DNA of 64,000 nucleotides from IMG/VR virus record IMGVR_UViG_3300026851_000001. One strand, 5' to 3'. The notes under the pieces are model-generated. The model was not told the origin of the DNA, did not search any database, and was given only the letters and a program-made list of their open reading frames with translations. The stretch is from a virus. Shown piece by piece: positions 1-9,101 of this stretch. Each line of letters opens with the position of its first letter. Within the stretch, counting starts at the first letter, position 1. Position numbers and translations under genes: made by a program.

Positions 1-1
1 C

Positions 2-202
2 GACGTGACATACACACAGTGGCTGCGCAACAAGCCGGCAGCGTTCCAAGATGAAGTCCTGGGCGCCACGCGAGGCAAGCTGTTCCGTGAAGGCAAGGTG
101 GACATTGACCGCTTCACGAACGACAAGGGCAAGGTCTACACCCTTGAAGAGCTGCGCAAACGCGACGAAGCGCTGTTTGAGCGGGTGGGGATTGCGGCGT
201 AA
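2..202 (+). CDS. 3' part of MuF/SPP1 gp7-like head morphogenesis protein (complete copy 50842-51930)
   Basis: Translation equals the C-terminus of 50842-51930. Confidence 0.9.
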   Translation, partial: DVTYTQWLRNKPAAFQDEVLGATRGKLFREGKVDIDRFTNDKGKVYTLEELRKRDEALFERVGIAA

Positions 203-211
203 GATCGCCGC

Positions 212-460
212 ATGACCGACAAGCCCAAATTCACCGTAATCGACGGCACGCCCCCGCCAGACACGCCGAAACAGCGCGTTCTGGATCGGGTCAAGGCGTC
301 ACGACCGGCTGATATCGTAAGCTGCCACCGATGCGGCGGAATGGAAGTCATCGAAACCAAGACCGGTGTGACCATCAAGGCCGGCAAGAAGAGCGGCGGC
401 ACTAAGCAGTTGCTGTGCGCTTCCTGTTTCATGCGTGGGGAGAGGGTGGTGGTCGGATGA
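212..460 (+). CDS. Hypothetical protein with CxxC...CxxC zinc-finger
   Basis: CHRC and CASC motifs; follows MuF stop. Confidence 0.7.
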   Translation: MTDKPKFTVIDGTPPPDTPKQRVLDRVKASRPADIVSCHRCGGMEVIETKTGVTIKAGKKSGGTKQLLCASCFMRGERVVVG

Positions 461-675
461 AGCGAATCATTGACCTGATACGCGATGTTCTGCGAAGCGA
501 TCATGGCGTCATCAGTCTGAATAACAATGTGCCATACGACACGCCGATCCCATTCAATCCGCAAAGGTTTACTTGGCCAGGCAAAGAAAGAGGTTTGCCG
601 CCGCCACCAATTATCTGGTACGGAGACGCAAGCGATCCTCCAGAGAAAATGATTGATACCAAAGCCCGCCACTGA
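457..675 (+). CDS. Hypothetical Pro-rich protein
   Basis: ATGA overlap with upstream ORF; followed by terminator. Confidence 0.55.
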   Translation: MKRIIDLIRDVLRSDHGVISLNNNVPYDTPIPFNPQRFTWPGKERGLPPPPIIWYGDASDPPEKMIDTKARH

Positions 676-686
676 GCGGGCTTTTT
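661..686 (+). terminator. Intrinsic terminator
   Basis: AAAGCCCGC-CACTGA-GCGGGCTTTTT. Confidence 0.75.
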
Positions 687-732
687 CATGTCCGCTGTCC
701 TAGGACAAGGGACACGCAGATCACAAATTTCC

Positions 733-757
733 AGCCTCGGCAATGCCGGGGCTTTTT
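733..757 (+). terminator. Second terminator-like hairpin
   Basis: AGCCTCGGC-AAT-GCCGGGGCT-TTTT. Confidence 0.55.
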
Positions 758-766
758 ATGCCCGAG

Positions 767-826
767 TACCGGATGGGGTAGGGCGCCACGGGCCGGATGG
801 CTCAGCAGATGGGCGGATGCCCGGAG
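767..826 (+). promoter_or_regulatory. Scaffold mRNA leader with three CGGAUG hairpins abutting the SD
   Basis: TACC-GGATGG-GGTA (767-780), GGGCC-GGAT-GGCTC (790-803), GGGC-GGAT-GCCC (811-822), then GGAG at 823-826. Confidence 0.55.
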
Positions 827-832
827 AACCAG

Positions 833-1588
833 ATGAAACTGAAGCTCGACGAACAAGGTCACGCGGTACTGCAGGACGGCAAGCCGGTTTACGTGCACGA
901 CGACGGCAAAGAGGTGGCATTCGATGCGCCTGGAACCGTTGCCACGATCACCCGGCTGAACGCTGAAGCCAAGACCCATCGTGAAGGCAAGGAGGCAGCT
1001 GAGAAGCTGCTGAAAGGCTTCGAGGGGATCGAGGACGGCGCCGCCGCGCGCAAGGCTCTGGAGATCGTGGCAAATCTCGATCAGAAAAAGCTGGTGGATG
1101 CCGGCGAGATTGAGCGGGTGAAGAGTGAAATCAGCAAGGGCTATCAGTCCCAGCTCGACGAACTCGGCGCCAAGGCCAAGGCCTTCGAACAGCAGCTCTA
1201 CGAAGAGAAGATCGGCGGTGCTTTTAGCCGCTCCAAGCTCATCGCCGAGAAGCTGGCCATTCCCGCAGACATGGTGCAGGCCCGTTTCGGCCAGGCATTC
1301 AAGATCGAGGACGGCAAGACCGTCGCCTACGACCAGCACGGCAACAAGATCTACAGCCGTGAGCGTCCTGGCGAGCTGGCCAACTTCGACGAAGCCCTGG
1401 GCGCCCTCGTTGAGCAGTACCCCTACCGCGACCACATCCTGAAGGGTACCGGCGCCAATGGCGGCGGCGCACCGAACGGCGGTGGCGCTCCATCCGGCAA
1501 GAAAACCGTTAACCGCCAGTCCTTCGACACGATGGGCGCATCCGAGCGTCAGTCGTTCCTCAAGGAAGGCGGGACCGTTACTGACTGA
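833..1588 (+). CDS. Capsid scaffolding protein
   Basis: Coiled-coil with Gly-rich tail, directly upstream of the capsid gene; SD GGAG favours start 833. Confidence 0.8.
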   Translation: MKLKLDEQGHAVLQDGKPVYVHDDGKEVAFDAPGTVATITRLNAEAKTHREGKEAAEKLLKGFEGIEDGAAARKALEIVANLDQKKLVDAGEIERVKSEISKGYQSQLDELGAKAKAFEQQLYEEKIGGAFSRSKLIAEKLAIPADMVQARFGQAFKIEDGKTVAYDQHGNKIYSRERPGELANFDEALGALVEQYPYRDHILKGTGANGGGAPNGGGAPSGKKTVNRQSFDTMGASERQSFLKEGGTVTD

Positions 1589-1602
1589 TCAAGGAGTCAA
1601 TC

Positions 1603-2751
1603 ATGGCTAACACCCTCACCGGGCTCATCCCCGACATGTACGAAGCGCTCGACGTGGTGTCGCGCGAGCTGACCGGTTTCATTCCGGCAGTATCCCGCAG
1701 CTCCGAAGTTGCGCGTGCAGCACTGAACCAGCAAGTTCTGGTGCCGGTTACTACCGCTGCCAGTTCCGCTGACAACACCCCGGGCGTCACCGCGCCGAAC
1801 ACTGGCGACACCACCGTCGACAACGTAGCCGTCTCGATCACCAAGTCCAAGCACGTCCCTGTGCGCTGGAACGGTGAAGAGACTCGCGGCCTGCAGAATG
1901 CCGGCACTTTCTCGACCATCCAGGCCGACCGCTTCTATCAAGCGATGCGGACCCTGGTGAACGAGATCGAGGCGGACCTGTGGGGCGAGGCCTACAAAAA
2001 CGCCAGCCGCGCCTATGGCACTGCGGGCACCACTCCTTTCGGAACTGCCGCAGACATGAGCGATTTCGCTGGCGTCCTGCGCATCCTCGAAGAAAACGGC
2101 GCCCCGACCAACGATCTGCAGTTGGCCCTGGGTCACGCTGCAATCGGCAACCTGCGCGGCAAGCAGTCTGGCCTGTTCAAGGTCAACGAGGCAGGCTCCA
2201 GCGACATGCTGCGCAACGGCATGACTGATCGCATCATGGGCATGGCTCTGCGTCACTCCCATGCTGTCGGCGTGCACACCAAGGGCACCGGTGCAAGCTA
2301 CGTTACCAGTGGCTCGACCGCTGTCGGCGTGAGCGACATTGCCCTGGTAACCGGTACGGGTACTGTCCTGGCTGGCGACGTTGCTACCTTCGCGGCCGAT
2401 TCGGCCAACAAGTACATCGTCAACACCGGAGTGGCCGCACCGGGCACCATCAGCATCGGCAAGCCGGGCGCTCGCGTGACCATCCCGACCGCCAACGCGC
2501 TGACTGTCGGCAACAGCTACACCCCGAACGTCGCCTTTGCCCGCTCGGCCATCGTCCTCGCAACGCGCGCCCCCGCCCTTCCGGAAGGTGGTGACGCGGC
2601 CGACGACGTGATGATGATCACCGATCCGCGCACCGGCCTGTCGTTCGAAGTGGCCGTGTATCGGCAGTTCCTGCAGACCGTCTACCACGTCCGTCTGGCT
2701 TGGGGCTTCCGCGCCATCAAGCCGGAGCACATCGGCGTGCTGATCGGTTAA
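1603..2751 (+). CDS. Major capsid protein (P22 coat-like)
   Basis: MANTLTGLIP start, 382 aa, position after scaffold, coat-like C-terminus (VRLAWGFRAIKPEH). Confidence 0.9.
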   Translation: MANTLTGLIPDMYEALDVVSRELTGFIPAVSRSSEVARAALNQQVLVPVTTAASSADNTPGVTAPNTGDTTVDNVAVSITKSKHVPVRWNGEETRGLQNAGTFSTIQADRFYQAMRTLVNEIEADLWGEAYKNASRAYGTAGTTPFGTAADMSDFAGVLRILEENGAPTNDLQLALGHAAIGNLRGKQSGLFKVNEAGSSDMLRNGMTDRIMGMALRHSHAVGVHTKGTGASYVTSGSTAVGVSDIALVTGTGTVLAGDVATFAADSANKYIVNTGVAAPGTISIGKPGARVTIPTANALTVGNSYTPNVAFARSAIVLATRAPALPEGGDAADDVMMITDPRTGLSFEVAVYRQFLQTVYHVRLAWGFRAIKPEHIGVLIG

Positions 2752-2768
2752 TCCAACGCAACGACAAC

Positions 2769-2786
2769 CAGGGGCTTCGGCCCCTG
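2769..2786 (+). terminator. UUCG hairpin after capsid gene (terminator or stabiliser)
   Basis: CAGGGGC-TTCG-GCCCCTG; weak U tract. Confidence 0.5.
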
Positions 2787-2808
2787 CGTTGTTTCTGGAG
2801 AAAGCAAA

Positions 2809-3102
2809 ATGGCTGGACTTACCAAAGAGCAGAAAGCGGCCAAGGCCCTGATGGCTAAGGCTGTGGAACTGAGCGGCGTCACCGCCGAAGAATTTGCCAA
2901 GCTGTCCGAGGATGATCAGGCAGGTTTTACCGCCAAAGCGCAGGAGGCTATCGACGCCGCTGCAGCCGAGGCAAAACGCCTGGAGGACGAAAAGGCTGCT
3001 GACAACTCCCACCTGATCAAGGTCAGCAAGGACGGCGTTGAACTCGACGTGCATCCGACCGCGCTTGCAGCGCACAAGAACCTTGGCTGGAAAGAGGTGT
3101 AA
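2809..3102 (+). CDS. Hypothetical head-associated protein
   Basis: Good SD, Ala/Lys-rich, between capsid and adaptor genes. Confidence 0.7.
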   Translation: MAGLTKEQKAAKALMAKAVELSGVTAEEFAKLSEDDQAGFTAKAQEAIDAAAAEAKRLEDEKAADNSHLIKVSKDGVELDVHPTALAAHKNLGWKEV

Positions 3103-3105
3103 GTC

Positions 3106-3603
3106 ATGGCTCTGGTGATCGAAAACGGGAGCATCGTGGCCGGCGCCGAAAGCTTTGCCACGGCTGCCGAGCTGGTCACCTACGCGGCCAACTTCGGCCG
3201 CACAATTCCCAGCGACACGACTGCACAGGAAGCCCTGCTGCGCCGTGCCGCTTTGCAAATGAGCGCGATGTCGTGGAAGGGCGGCTTGGTCAACGAACTG
3301 CAAGCCCTGTCCTGGCCGCGCTACGACGTGTACCGCGACAACTGGCTGGTTCCTTCAAACTCCATTCCCCCGCAGATCAAGGCCGGCCAGATGGCGCTGG
3401 CTACCGAGATCCATGCCGACGACCTGGCACCGCCTGAGCTGAAGAAAGGCCCGGTAGTTCGTAACCGCGTAGAGGGTGCCGTCGACGTGCAGTATGGCCA
3501 GGCGGCCGGGTATGTGTCCCGCCCAGCAGCCACCCGCCAGTCCTACGCCCAGTTCGGCCCATTCCTGCAGTCTTCTATGCAAGTGGCCTTGGTGCGCGGC
3601 TGA
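3106..3603 (+). CDS. Head-tail adaptor (DnaT-like domain family)
   Basis: MALVIENG...QALSWPR motif typical of this adaptor family; synteny. Confidence 0.75.
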   Translation: MALVIENGSIVAGAESFATAAELVTYAANFGRTIPSDTTAQEALLRRAALQMSAMSWKGGLVNELQALSWPRYDVYRDNWLVPSNSIPPQIKAGQMALATEIHADDLAPPELKKGPVVRNRVEGAVDVQYGQAAGYVSRPAATRQSYAQFGPFLQSSMQVALVRG

Positions 3604-3983
3604 TGGCCTTCTATGACGACATGGCCCAGGTTGCGCTGGAGCTTATAACCGAGTTCGGCTCCGAACAAACCCTGCGCGACGTGACTGCCGGCGTGTACGA
3701 CGAAGTGGCAGGGGAATGGACGACCGAGCCAACCGACCTTGAGCAGCCCGCGCAGCTGATCTTGCTCGACTACACCCTGCAGGAATCCGGCCTGATGTAC
3801 GCCGAGGGATCGCAGATCCAGAAGGGCGACAAGAAGATCATCATCGCCGCCAAGGATCTAGCCTGGCCGCCTGCGCTCACCACGAAAGTGGATGTCGACG
3901 GCGTGCTCTGGCAGATCGTGAACATCAAGGAAGCCAACCCGGCAGGCACGCCGCTTGTGTACTTCTGCCAGGGGCGTAAGTGA
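3603..3983 (+). CDS. Head closure / head-tail joining protein
   Basis: IQKGDKKIII motif; synteny. Confidence 0.7.
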   Translation: MAFYDDMAQVALELITEFGSEQTLRDVTAGVYDEVAGEWTTEPTDLEQPAQLILLDYTLQESGLMYAEGSQIQKGDKKIIIAAKDLAWPPALTTKVDVDGVLWQIVNIKEANPAGTPLVYFCQGRK

Positions 3984-4378
3984 TGAGCTTCAAGAGCGAC
4001 ATGGCCAGGGCGACGCGCAAGATCGAGCAAGCGCATAACCAGATCGTCCGTACCGCGACTATCGACCTGTTCAGCGGCACGATCCGTGACACCCCGGTCG
4101 ACACTGGGCGCGCCCGTGGCAACTGGGTCACCCAAGTTGATACGCCTGCCCAAGGCGTGATCGAGCGCGACGACAAATCAGGCGCTGCAGCAATCGCTGA
4201 GGTCATCGCCAAGACGCCAGAGGGCGCCGGCCAGGAAACGACCATGGCAAATTCACTCCCGTACGTAGATCGTTTGGAAAATGGATACAGCCAGCAAGCT
4301 CCTGCTGGAATGGTCCGCAGAAACCTGGCCCGCGTTCAGCGCATCGTCCAAGCCGCCATATCGAAATTCAGGGTCTGA
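3980..4378 (+). CDS. HK97 gp10-like tail completion/neck protein
   Basis: TPVDTGRARGNW and PYVDRLENGYSQQAPAGMV motifs. Confidence 0.8.
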   Translation: MMSFKSDMARATRKIEQAHNQIVRTATIDLFSGTIRDTPVDTGRARGNWVTQVDTPAQGVIERDDKSGAAAIAEVIAKTPEGAGQETTMANSLPYVDRLENGYSQQAPAGMVRRNLARVQRIVQAAISKFRV

Positions 4379-4379
4379 C

Positions 4380-4799
4380 ATGTCCGAAGCCAAGATTCAG
4401 TCCGCACTTGTGCAGGGCCTGGTAGCTGCTGCGCTAGGGATTACCACCGGCGGCGAGGGCAAGAGCTTCACTCCGCCCAGTACCGCTACGCCATGGGCTG
4501 CCTGGTTCAACCTGCCGGCGTCCACTGACGTGGCATCGCTCGGCGTCGGCGGCAGCGACGAAACCACCGGCATTTTCCAGGTCGATCTGAATTACCCGCT
4601 CAACGACGGCACCGCCAACATCCTCGGCGCCGTGCAGAAGCTGCGCGACTACTTCGTTGCCGGCCGCCGCCTGGTCTATCAGGGCCAGTGCGTGAAGGTC
4701 GAGCGCGTCACCCGCAACAACCTCCGGCCCGTCGACGGCTGGCAGCAAATCAACGTCTCCATCTACTACATCGCTCAAACCGTCCGCCCGGAGGTATAA
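4380..4799 (+). CDS. Tail terminator-like protein
   Basis: GIFQVDLNYPLNDG motif; precedes tail tube gene. Confidence 0.7.
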   Translation: MSEAKIQSALVQGLVAAALGITTGGEGKSFTPPSTATPWAAWFNLPASTDVASLGVGGSDETTGIFQVDLNYPLNDGTANILGAVQKLRDYFVAGRRLVYQGQCVKVERVTRNNLRPVDGWQQINVSIYYIAQTVRPEV

Positions 4800-4802
4800 C
4801 CC

Positions 4803-5951
4803 ATGTCCTGCTTTGGCAACGGCTCTGCCGTCAAGCTCTACTACGTGCGCGAATACGGCACGATGACTGCCGACACCATCAGCGCGGCCGCTTCCGGCTC
4901 GACGTTCGCTGATTCCGGCTCTGGCTTCATCACGACCGGCAAGTTCGCGGTTGGCCACATCATCACAGTGTCTGGCTTTACCACTGCCGCGAACAACGGC
5001 CAGTTCAAGATCGCAACTGTTGCGGCCGGCGCGATCACCGTCACCGACATCTACGGCAACGCGGTAACCCTGGTGGACGAGGCGGCCGGCGATACCGTGA
5101 CGATCACCCAGGAAGGCGGAATTCCGGCCAACCCTGAGTTCAAGCCGGTGCGCTTCGTCTCCGAAGGCCTGAGCCCGAACATCAACCAGATCGAGTCCAA
5201 CGAGATTAACCAGGCCCGCCAGCGTGCGCCGAGCCGTGGCGGTACCTACAGCGTTGCCGGCGAGATCGCCGCCGAGGTCAGCTTTGCCAGCTTCGACGAC
5301 CTGATCGAGGCCGCCATGCAAGGCGTGTGGGCCGCTGATGAACTGGTCATCGGCTCTACCGAGCGCAGCTTTGCGATCCTCGAGCGCCACACCGACATCA
5401 GCGCCGACTACGTGTATCGCGGCAGCCGCGTGGCCACCATGAACATCGCCGCGCCGCTGGGCGACAAGGCCACCATCACCTTCGGCATGCTCGGCACCAA
5501 GGCCGAGGCCTACACCGTGCCAGGTGGCGCCACCTTCGCCTCAGCGACCACCAGCGACATGATGGTGACCACCAACGGTTCGTTCACTGAGGACGGCGAC
5601 GCGATCACCTACGCCACCGAGTGGAACATGACCCTCGACAACGGCATGGAAGCGGCCTTCTCCCTGTTCCAACGCGAGGCCTATTGCGTCACCAACGGCA
5701 TCGCCTCCGTCAGCGGCACCATGAGCGCCTACCTGAAGGACGGCACCCTGTGGGCCAAGGTGCTGAACGAGACCGAGACCAGCCACACCGTTGTGCTGGA
5801 AGAGGGCGCCGACAGTTACACCATCGAGCTGCCGAAGGTTCGCTACACCCAGGGCCAGAAGCAGGTCAGCGGCCCTGGCGCGGTGATCCCGCAGTACACC
5901 TACTCGGCCGGCTATGACGGCACCACCACCCTGCGCATCACCCGGAGCTAA
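4803..5951 (+). CDS. Major tail tube protein with internal extra domain
   Basis: SNEINQARQ, FDDLIEAAMQGVW and ERSFAILE motifs; synteny. Confidence 0.85.
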   Translation: MSCFGNGSAVKLYYVREYGTMTADTISAAASGSTFADSGSGFITTGKFAVGHIITVSGFTTAANNGQFKIATVAAGAITVTDIYGNAVTLVDEAAGDTVTITQEGGIPANPEFKPVRFVSEGLSPNINQIESNEINQARQRAPSRGGTYSVAGEIAAEVSFASFDDLIEAAMQGVWAADELVIGSTERSFAILERHTDISADYVYRGSRVATMNIAAPLGDKATITFGMLGTKAEAYTVPGGATFASATTSDMMVTTNGSFTEDGDAITYATEWNMTLDNGMEAAFSLFQREAYCVTNGIASVSGTMSAYLKDGTLWAKVLNETETSHTVVLEEGADSYTIELPKVRYTQGQKQVSGPGAVIPQYTYSAGYDGTTTLRITRS

Positions 5952-5953
5952 GC

Positions 5954-6385
5954 ATGACGGGAATTGACGCTTTCAAGACGCGCGGCAAGGCGAACGAAGG
6001 GATTCGTATCACCCTGTCGCAGCCGGACGGCACGCCGACCGAGCATTGGATGCAGGTCCGGTCGGTCTGGTCGGATGACTACCAGGCTGCACGCTCTGAG
6101 CTGATCCGCCAGGCCATTGAGGACGGCAAGCGCCTGGCCGAAGCCAAGCCGGAAGAAGCGGCCGAACTGAAGCATGAGGCCGACCGCCGCCGCCGCGCCA
6201 AACTGTGCGCCTCGCTGATTGCCGGATGGTCGTTCGAAGATCTGGAGTTCAGCGAAGAAGCCGCCGCCGAGTTCCTGCTTGAAGCGCCGCAGATTCTGGT
6301 GCACATCGAGAAGATTGCCGAGGACGACCGGCGTTTTTTCGCGAACGGATCAGCCAGCTTGTCGAATGGGGAAAGTCCGAGCTGA
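5954..6385 (+). CDS. Tail assembly chaperone (gpG-like)
   Basis: Between tube and tape measure genes; slippery site near the 3' end. Confidence 0.85.
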   Translation: MTGIDAFKTRGKANEGIRITLSQPDGTPTEHWMQVRSVWSDDYQAARSELIRQAIEDGKRLAEAKPEEAAELKHEADRRRRAKLCASLIAGWSFEDLEFSEEAAAEFLLEAPQILVHIEKIAEDDRRFFANGSASLSNGESPS

Positions 6386-6648
6386 TCCTGCTGCGCCCGC
6401 CTCCCGGTTCGGATGAGCCACTGCGCGAGCATCTGCAGCGAATCGAGAAAGCCACCGGGCACCAGCCAAAGGAACTGGCCGATCAGCCCGAATGCCCCGC
6501 CGAACTCTCCTACCTGTGGGAATGGTTCTGGCAACTCCCCCGCAGCTTCAACTTCACCGAAATGTTCCATTGGTCTCAGCTCACCCGCCGCAACCTGCGC
6601 GCTTGGGAGGCTGAGGTATTGGCCGATCTGCAGCGAGTCTGGATATGA
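6334..6648 (+). CDS. -1 frameshift extension of tail assembly chaperone (gpGT-like)
   Basis: T-TTT-TTC heptamer at 6334-6340. The -1 frame is open (FFRERISQLVEW...QRVWI) to a TGA overlapping the tape measure ATG. Confidence 0.8.
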   Translation, partial: FFRERISQLVEWGKSELILLRPPPGSDEPLREHLQRIEKATGHQPKELADQPECPAELSYLWEWFWQLPRSFNFTEMFHWSQLTRRNLRAWEAEVLADLQRVWI

Positions 6649-9098
6649 CCGAATACGCTAAGCTTGTCGTCAGCGTCGACAGCCGCCAGGCACGCACTGC
6701 GGATGCAGACCTTGACCGACTTGGGCGGACGGCTGGCCGTACTGAATCGGCGACCAACCAGCTTACCGGTGCGTTCCGGCGCCTGGCTGGTCCGCTTGCG
6801 GCTGTAATCAGCGCGCGGGAGATCGCCCAAGCTGCTGAGAACTACACCACCCTGACGAACCGTCTGCGCCTGGTTACCAATGGCACGGAAGAGCTGGTAG
6901 CGGCGCAGGATGCTGTTTTCAGGATCGCCCAGGAATCACGCCAGCCACTGGCCGCGACTGCTGAGCTGTACCAGCGCATTGCCGCCAACTCGCAAGAGCT
7001 TGGCTTGTCGGCCAACGAGATCGTGTCCGTCGTGGATACGGTCAACAAGACGCTCGCCATCAGCGGCAGCAGCGCGGCAGCAGCGTCCGGTGCGCTCGTC
7101 CAGTTGGGCCAGGCCTTCGCGTCCGGACAACTGCGCGGCGAAGAGCTGAACGCCGTTCTGGAGGCTGCGCCACCGCTGGCCAAGGCCATTGCTGACGGCC
7201 TCGGCGTAACCGTGGGCGAACTGCGCAAACTCGGCGCAGACGGCCAGCTCACCGCCGATGCTGTGGCCCAGGCCATCATCAAGAGTGGCGAAGCGATTGA
7301 TCAGTCCTTCGGTAACATCCAGACCACTGGTGGCCAGGCACTCACCGTACTGGGCAACAGCCTCACCAAGGTGATTGGCGAGCTTGACGGCGCAACCGGT
7401 GCCAGCGCGCTGTTTGCTGATTCCGTGGTTGGCCTGGCCAGCTATCTGGATTCAGGCCAGCTCACTGACGGCCTGATCGAGACCTTCAACATCTGGTCGG
7501 CAAGCATCGGCGCCATTGGCAACGACATCGCGTCGCTCGAGCTTGAGTTTGACGGCCTGCAGGAGAATGGCAGCAGCGTCGCGTCCTTCCTCGCTGATGC
7601 TTTCCAGCAGATGCCGGCCAACCTGCGCGCCGGGGTGCAGATCGCCACAGTAGAAGTGGCCTCCCTATTCGATAAGGCCGTTGCCTACGCCCAGTACGCT
7701 GGCAGTGCCATCAAGGCGGCATTCACCGATGCGACAGAGGCGCAAGCGGCGCAAGAGCTTGAGCAGACGCTGATCCGCATCAACGGTGTGCGTGGCGAAA
7801 GCCTGGACAGCATCCTGAGCGAGCGCGACGCGATCCTCCAGGCTGCCGAGGCAAACCGCCAGCGCGCGGCAGAAGAGCGCAAGCAGCGCGACGCCGACCG
7901 CGCCGCTCGCCAAGCGCAGATCGCAGAGCTTCGCAAGGGGCTGCAAGGACGCGATATCAGCCTTGGCGGTGCCGGTGGTGCTGACAAGGCAGCCAAGGAG
8001 GCGCAGCGCACCGCCGAGCGGTTGCAGCAGCTGTACCAGAGCACAGAGCAGGGCCTTGCGCGTCAGGTCGCACTGTTCGGCCAAACCACAGAAGCCGCCC
8101 GCGTTCGCTATGAGGTCGAGAACGGCGAACTCGCCAAGCTCAATGGCGCGCAGCAGGAAAGGCTGATCGGTCTTGCCGAGGAAATCGACAAGCTCAACCA
8201 GATCAAGAAGGACCGCGAAGAGGCTGCGGCGACTGAACAATACACCGCCGCACTACGCGACCAGATCACAGCCCGCCGCAACGCCATCGACATCGAGATT
8301 GAGGCCATTGGCGTAGGAGAGCGTCAGGCCGAGACGCTGCGTCAGTTGAACGAGCTTGAGTTTGAGTATGCCCGCCGTCTGGAAGAACTTTCCCGCGCAC
8401 AGGGCACATCTGCCGCCCTTAGCGCTGAAGCCTATCAAGCCCGAGTCCAGGCCCTGCGATCAGCAATGGAAGAAGAGGTTCGCCTGGTCGAAGAGGGCGA
8501 GCGCCGCAAGGAAGAAGCGCGCGCCAACGGCATAAATGGCGTGAACAAGGCCACGCAGGACTACATCAACAACGCCAAAGACCTCGCCTCGCAGTTTGAG
8601 GGCGTGACCAATACGACCTTGAACGGGCTCGAGGAAGGCATTGCACAGTTCGTGACAACCGGGAAACTGAGCTTTACCGACCTTGCCAACTCCATCATTG
8701 CCGACCTTGCGCGCATTGCTGCTCGCCAGTTGGTTTCGAATGCCGCCTCCGGCCTGCTTGGCGCATTTGGTGGTGGAGCCGGTGCCGCTGCAGGCGCTGG
8801 CGGCGGAGGGGCTGGGCTGGCTGGTCTGTTCGCAAGCTTCGCCGGCTTCTTTGACTCTGGCGGGCGTATCCCAACTGGCGGCTGGGGCATCGTCGGCGAG
8901 CGCGGACCTGAAATCGTGCGCGGCCCCGCCAACGTCACTGGGCGTGAGGAAACGGCGCGCCAGATGACCACGAACCGCAACATGAGCCTCACGCAGAACC
9001 TCTACCTACAGGGGCGCGCTGATAACCGCACGATGTCCCAGGCGGCAAACGCGGCCGCTCGCGAACAGCGCATCATTCAAGCCAGGTTCGGGGGCTGA
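6645..9098 (+). CDS. Tape measure protein
   Basis: 817 aa, Ala-rich; QLGQAFASGQLRGEELNAVLE motif; GERGPE C-terminus. Confidence 0.95.
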   Translation: MTEYAKLVVSVDSRQARTADADLDRLGRTAGRTESATNQLTGAFRRLAGPLAAVISAREIAQAAENYTTLTNRLRLVTNGTEELVAAQDAVFRIAQESRQPLAATAELYQRIAANSQELGLSANEIVSVVDTVNKTLAISGSSAAAASGALVQLGQAFASGQLRGEELNAVLEAAPPLAKAIADGLGVTVGELRKLGADGQLTADAVAQAIIKSGEAIDQSFGNIQTTGGQALTVLGNSLTKVIGELDGATGASALFADSVVGLASYLDSGQLTDGLIETFNIWSASIGAIGNDIASLELEFDGLQENGSSVASFLADAFQQMPANLRAGVQIATVEVASLFDKAVAYAQYAGSAIKAAFTDATEAQAAQELEQTLIRINGVRGESLDSILSERDAILQAAEANRQRAAEERKQRDADRAARQAQIAELRKGLQGRDISLGGAGGADKAAKEAQRTAERLQQLYQSTEQGLARQVALFGQTTEAARVRYEVENGELAKLNGAQQERLIGLAEEIDKLNQIKKDREEAAATEQYTAALRDQITARRNAIDIEIEAIGVGERQAETLRQLNELEFEYARRLEELSRAQGTSAALSAEAYQARVQALRSAMEEEVRLVEEGERRKEEARANGINGVNKATQDYINNAKDLASQFEGVTNTTLNGLEEGIAQFVTTGKLSFTDLANSIIADLARIAARQLVSNAASGLLGAFGGGAGAAAGAGGGGAGLAGLFASFAGFFDSGGRIPTGGWGIVGERGPEIVRGPANVTGREETARQMTTNRNMSLTQNLYLQGRADNRTMSQAANAAAREQRIIQARFGG

Positions 9099-9101
9099 AC
9101 C

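Noticed and set aside
1597-3303. Long opposite-strand ORFs (also 4434-5390, 25901-26857, 42384-43553, 46998-48581)
   Set aside because: Shadow frames of well-supported genes in GC-rich DNA; no motifs or SD.
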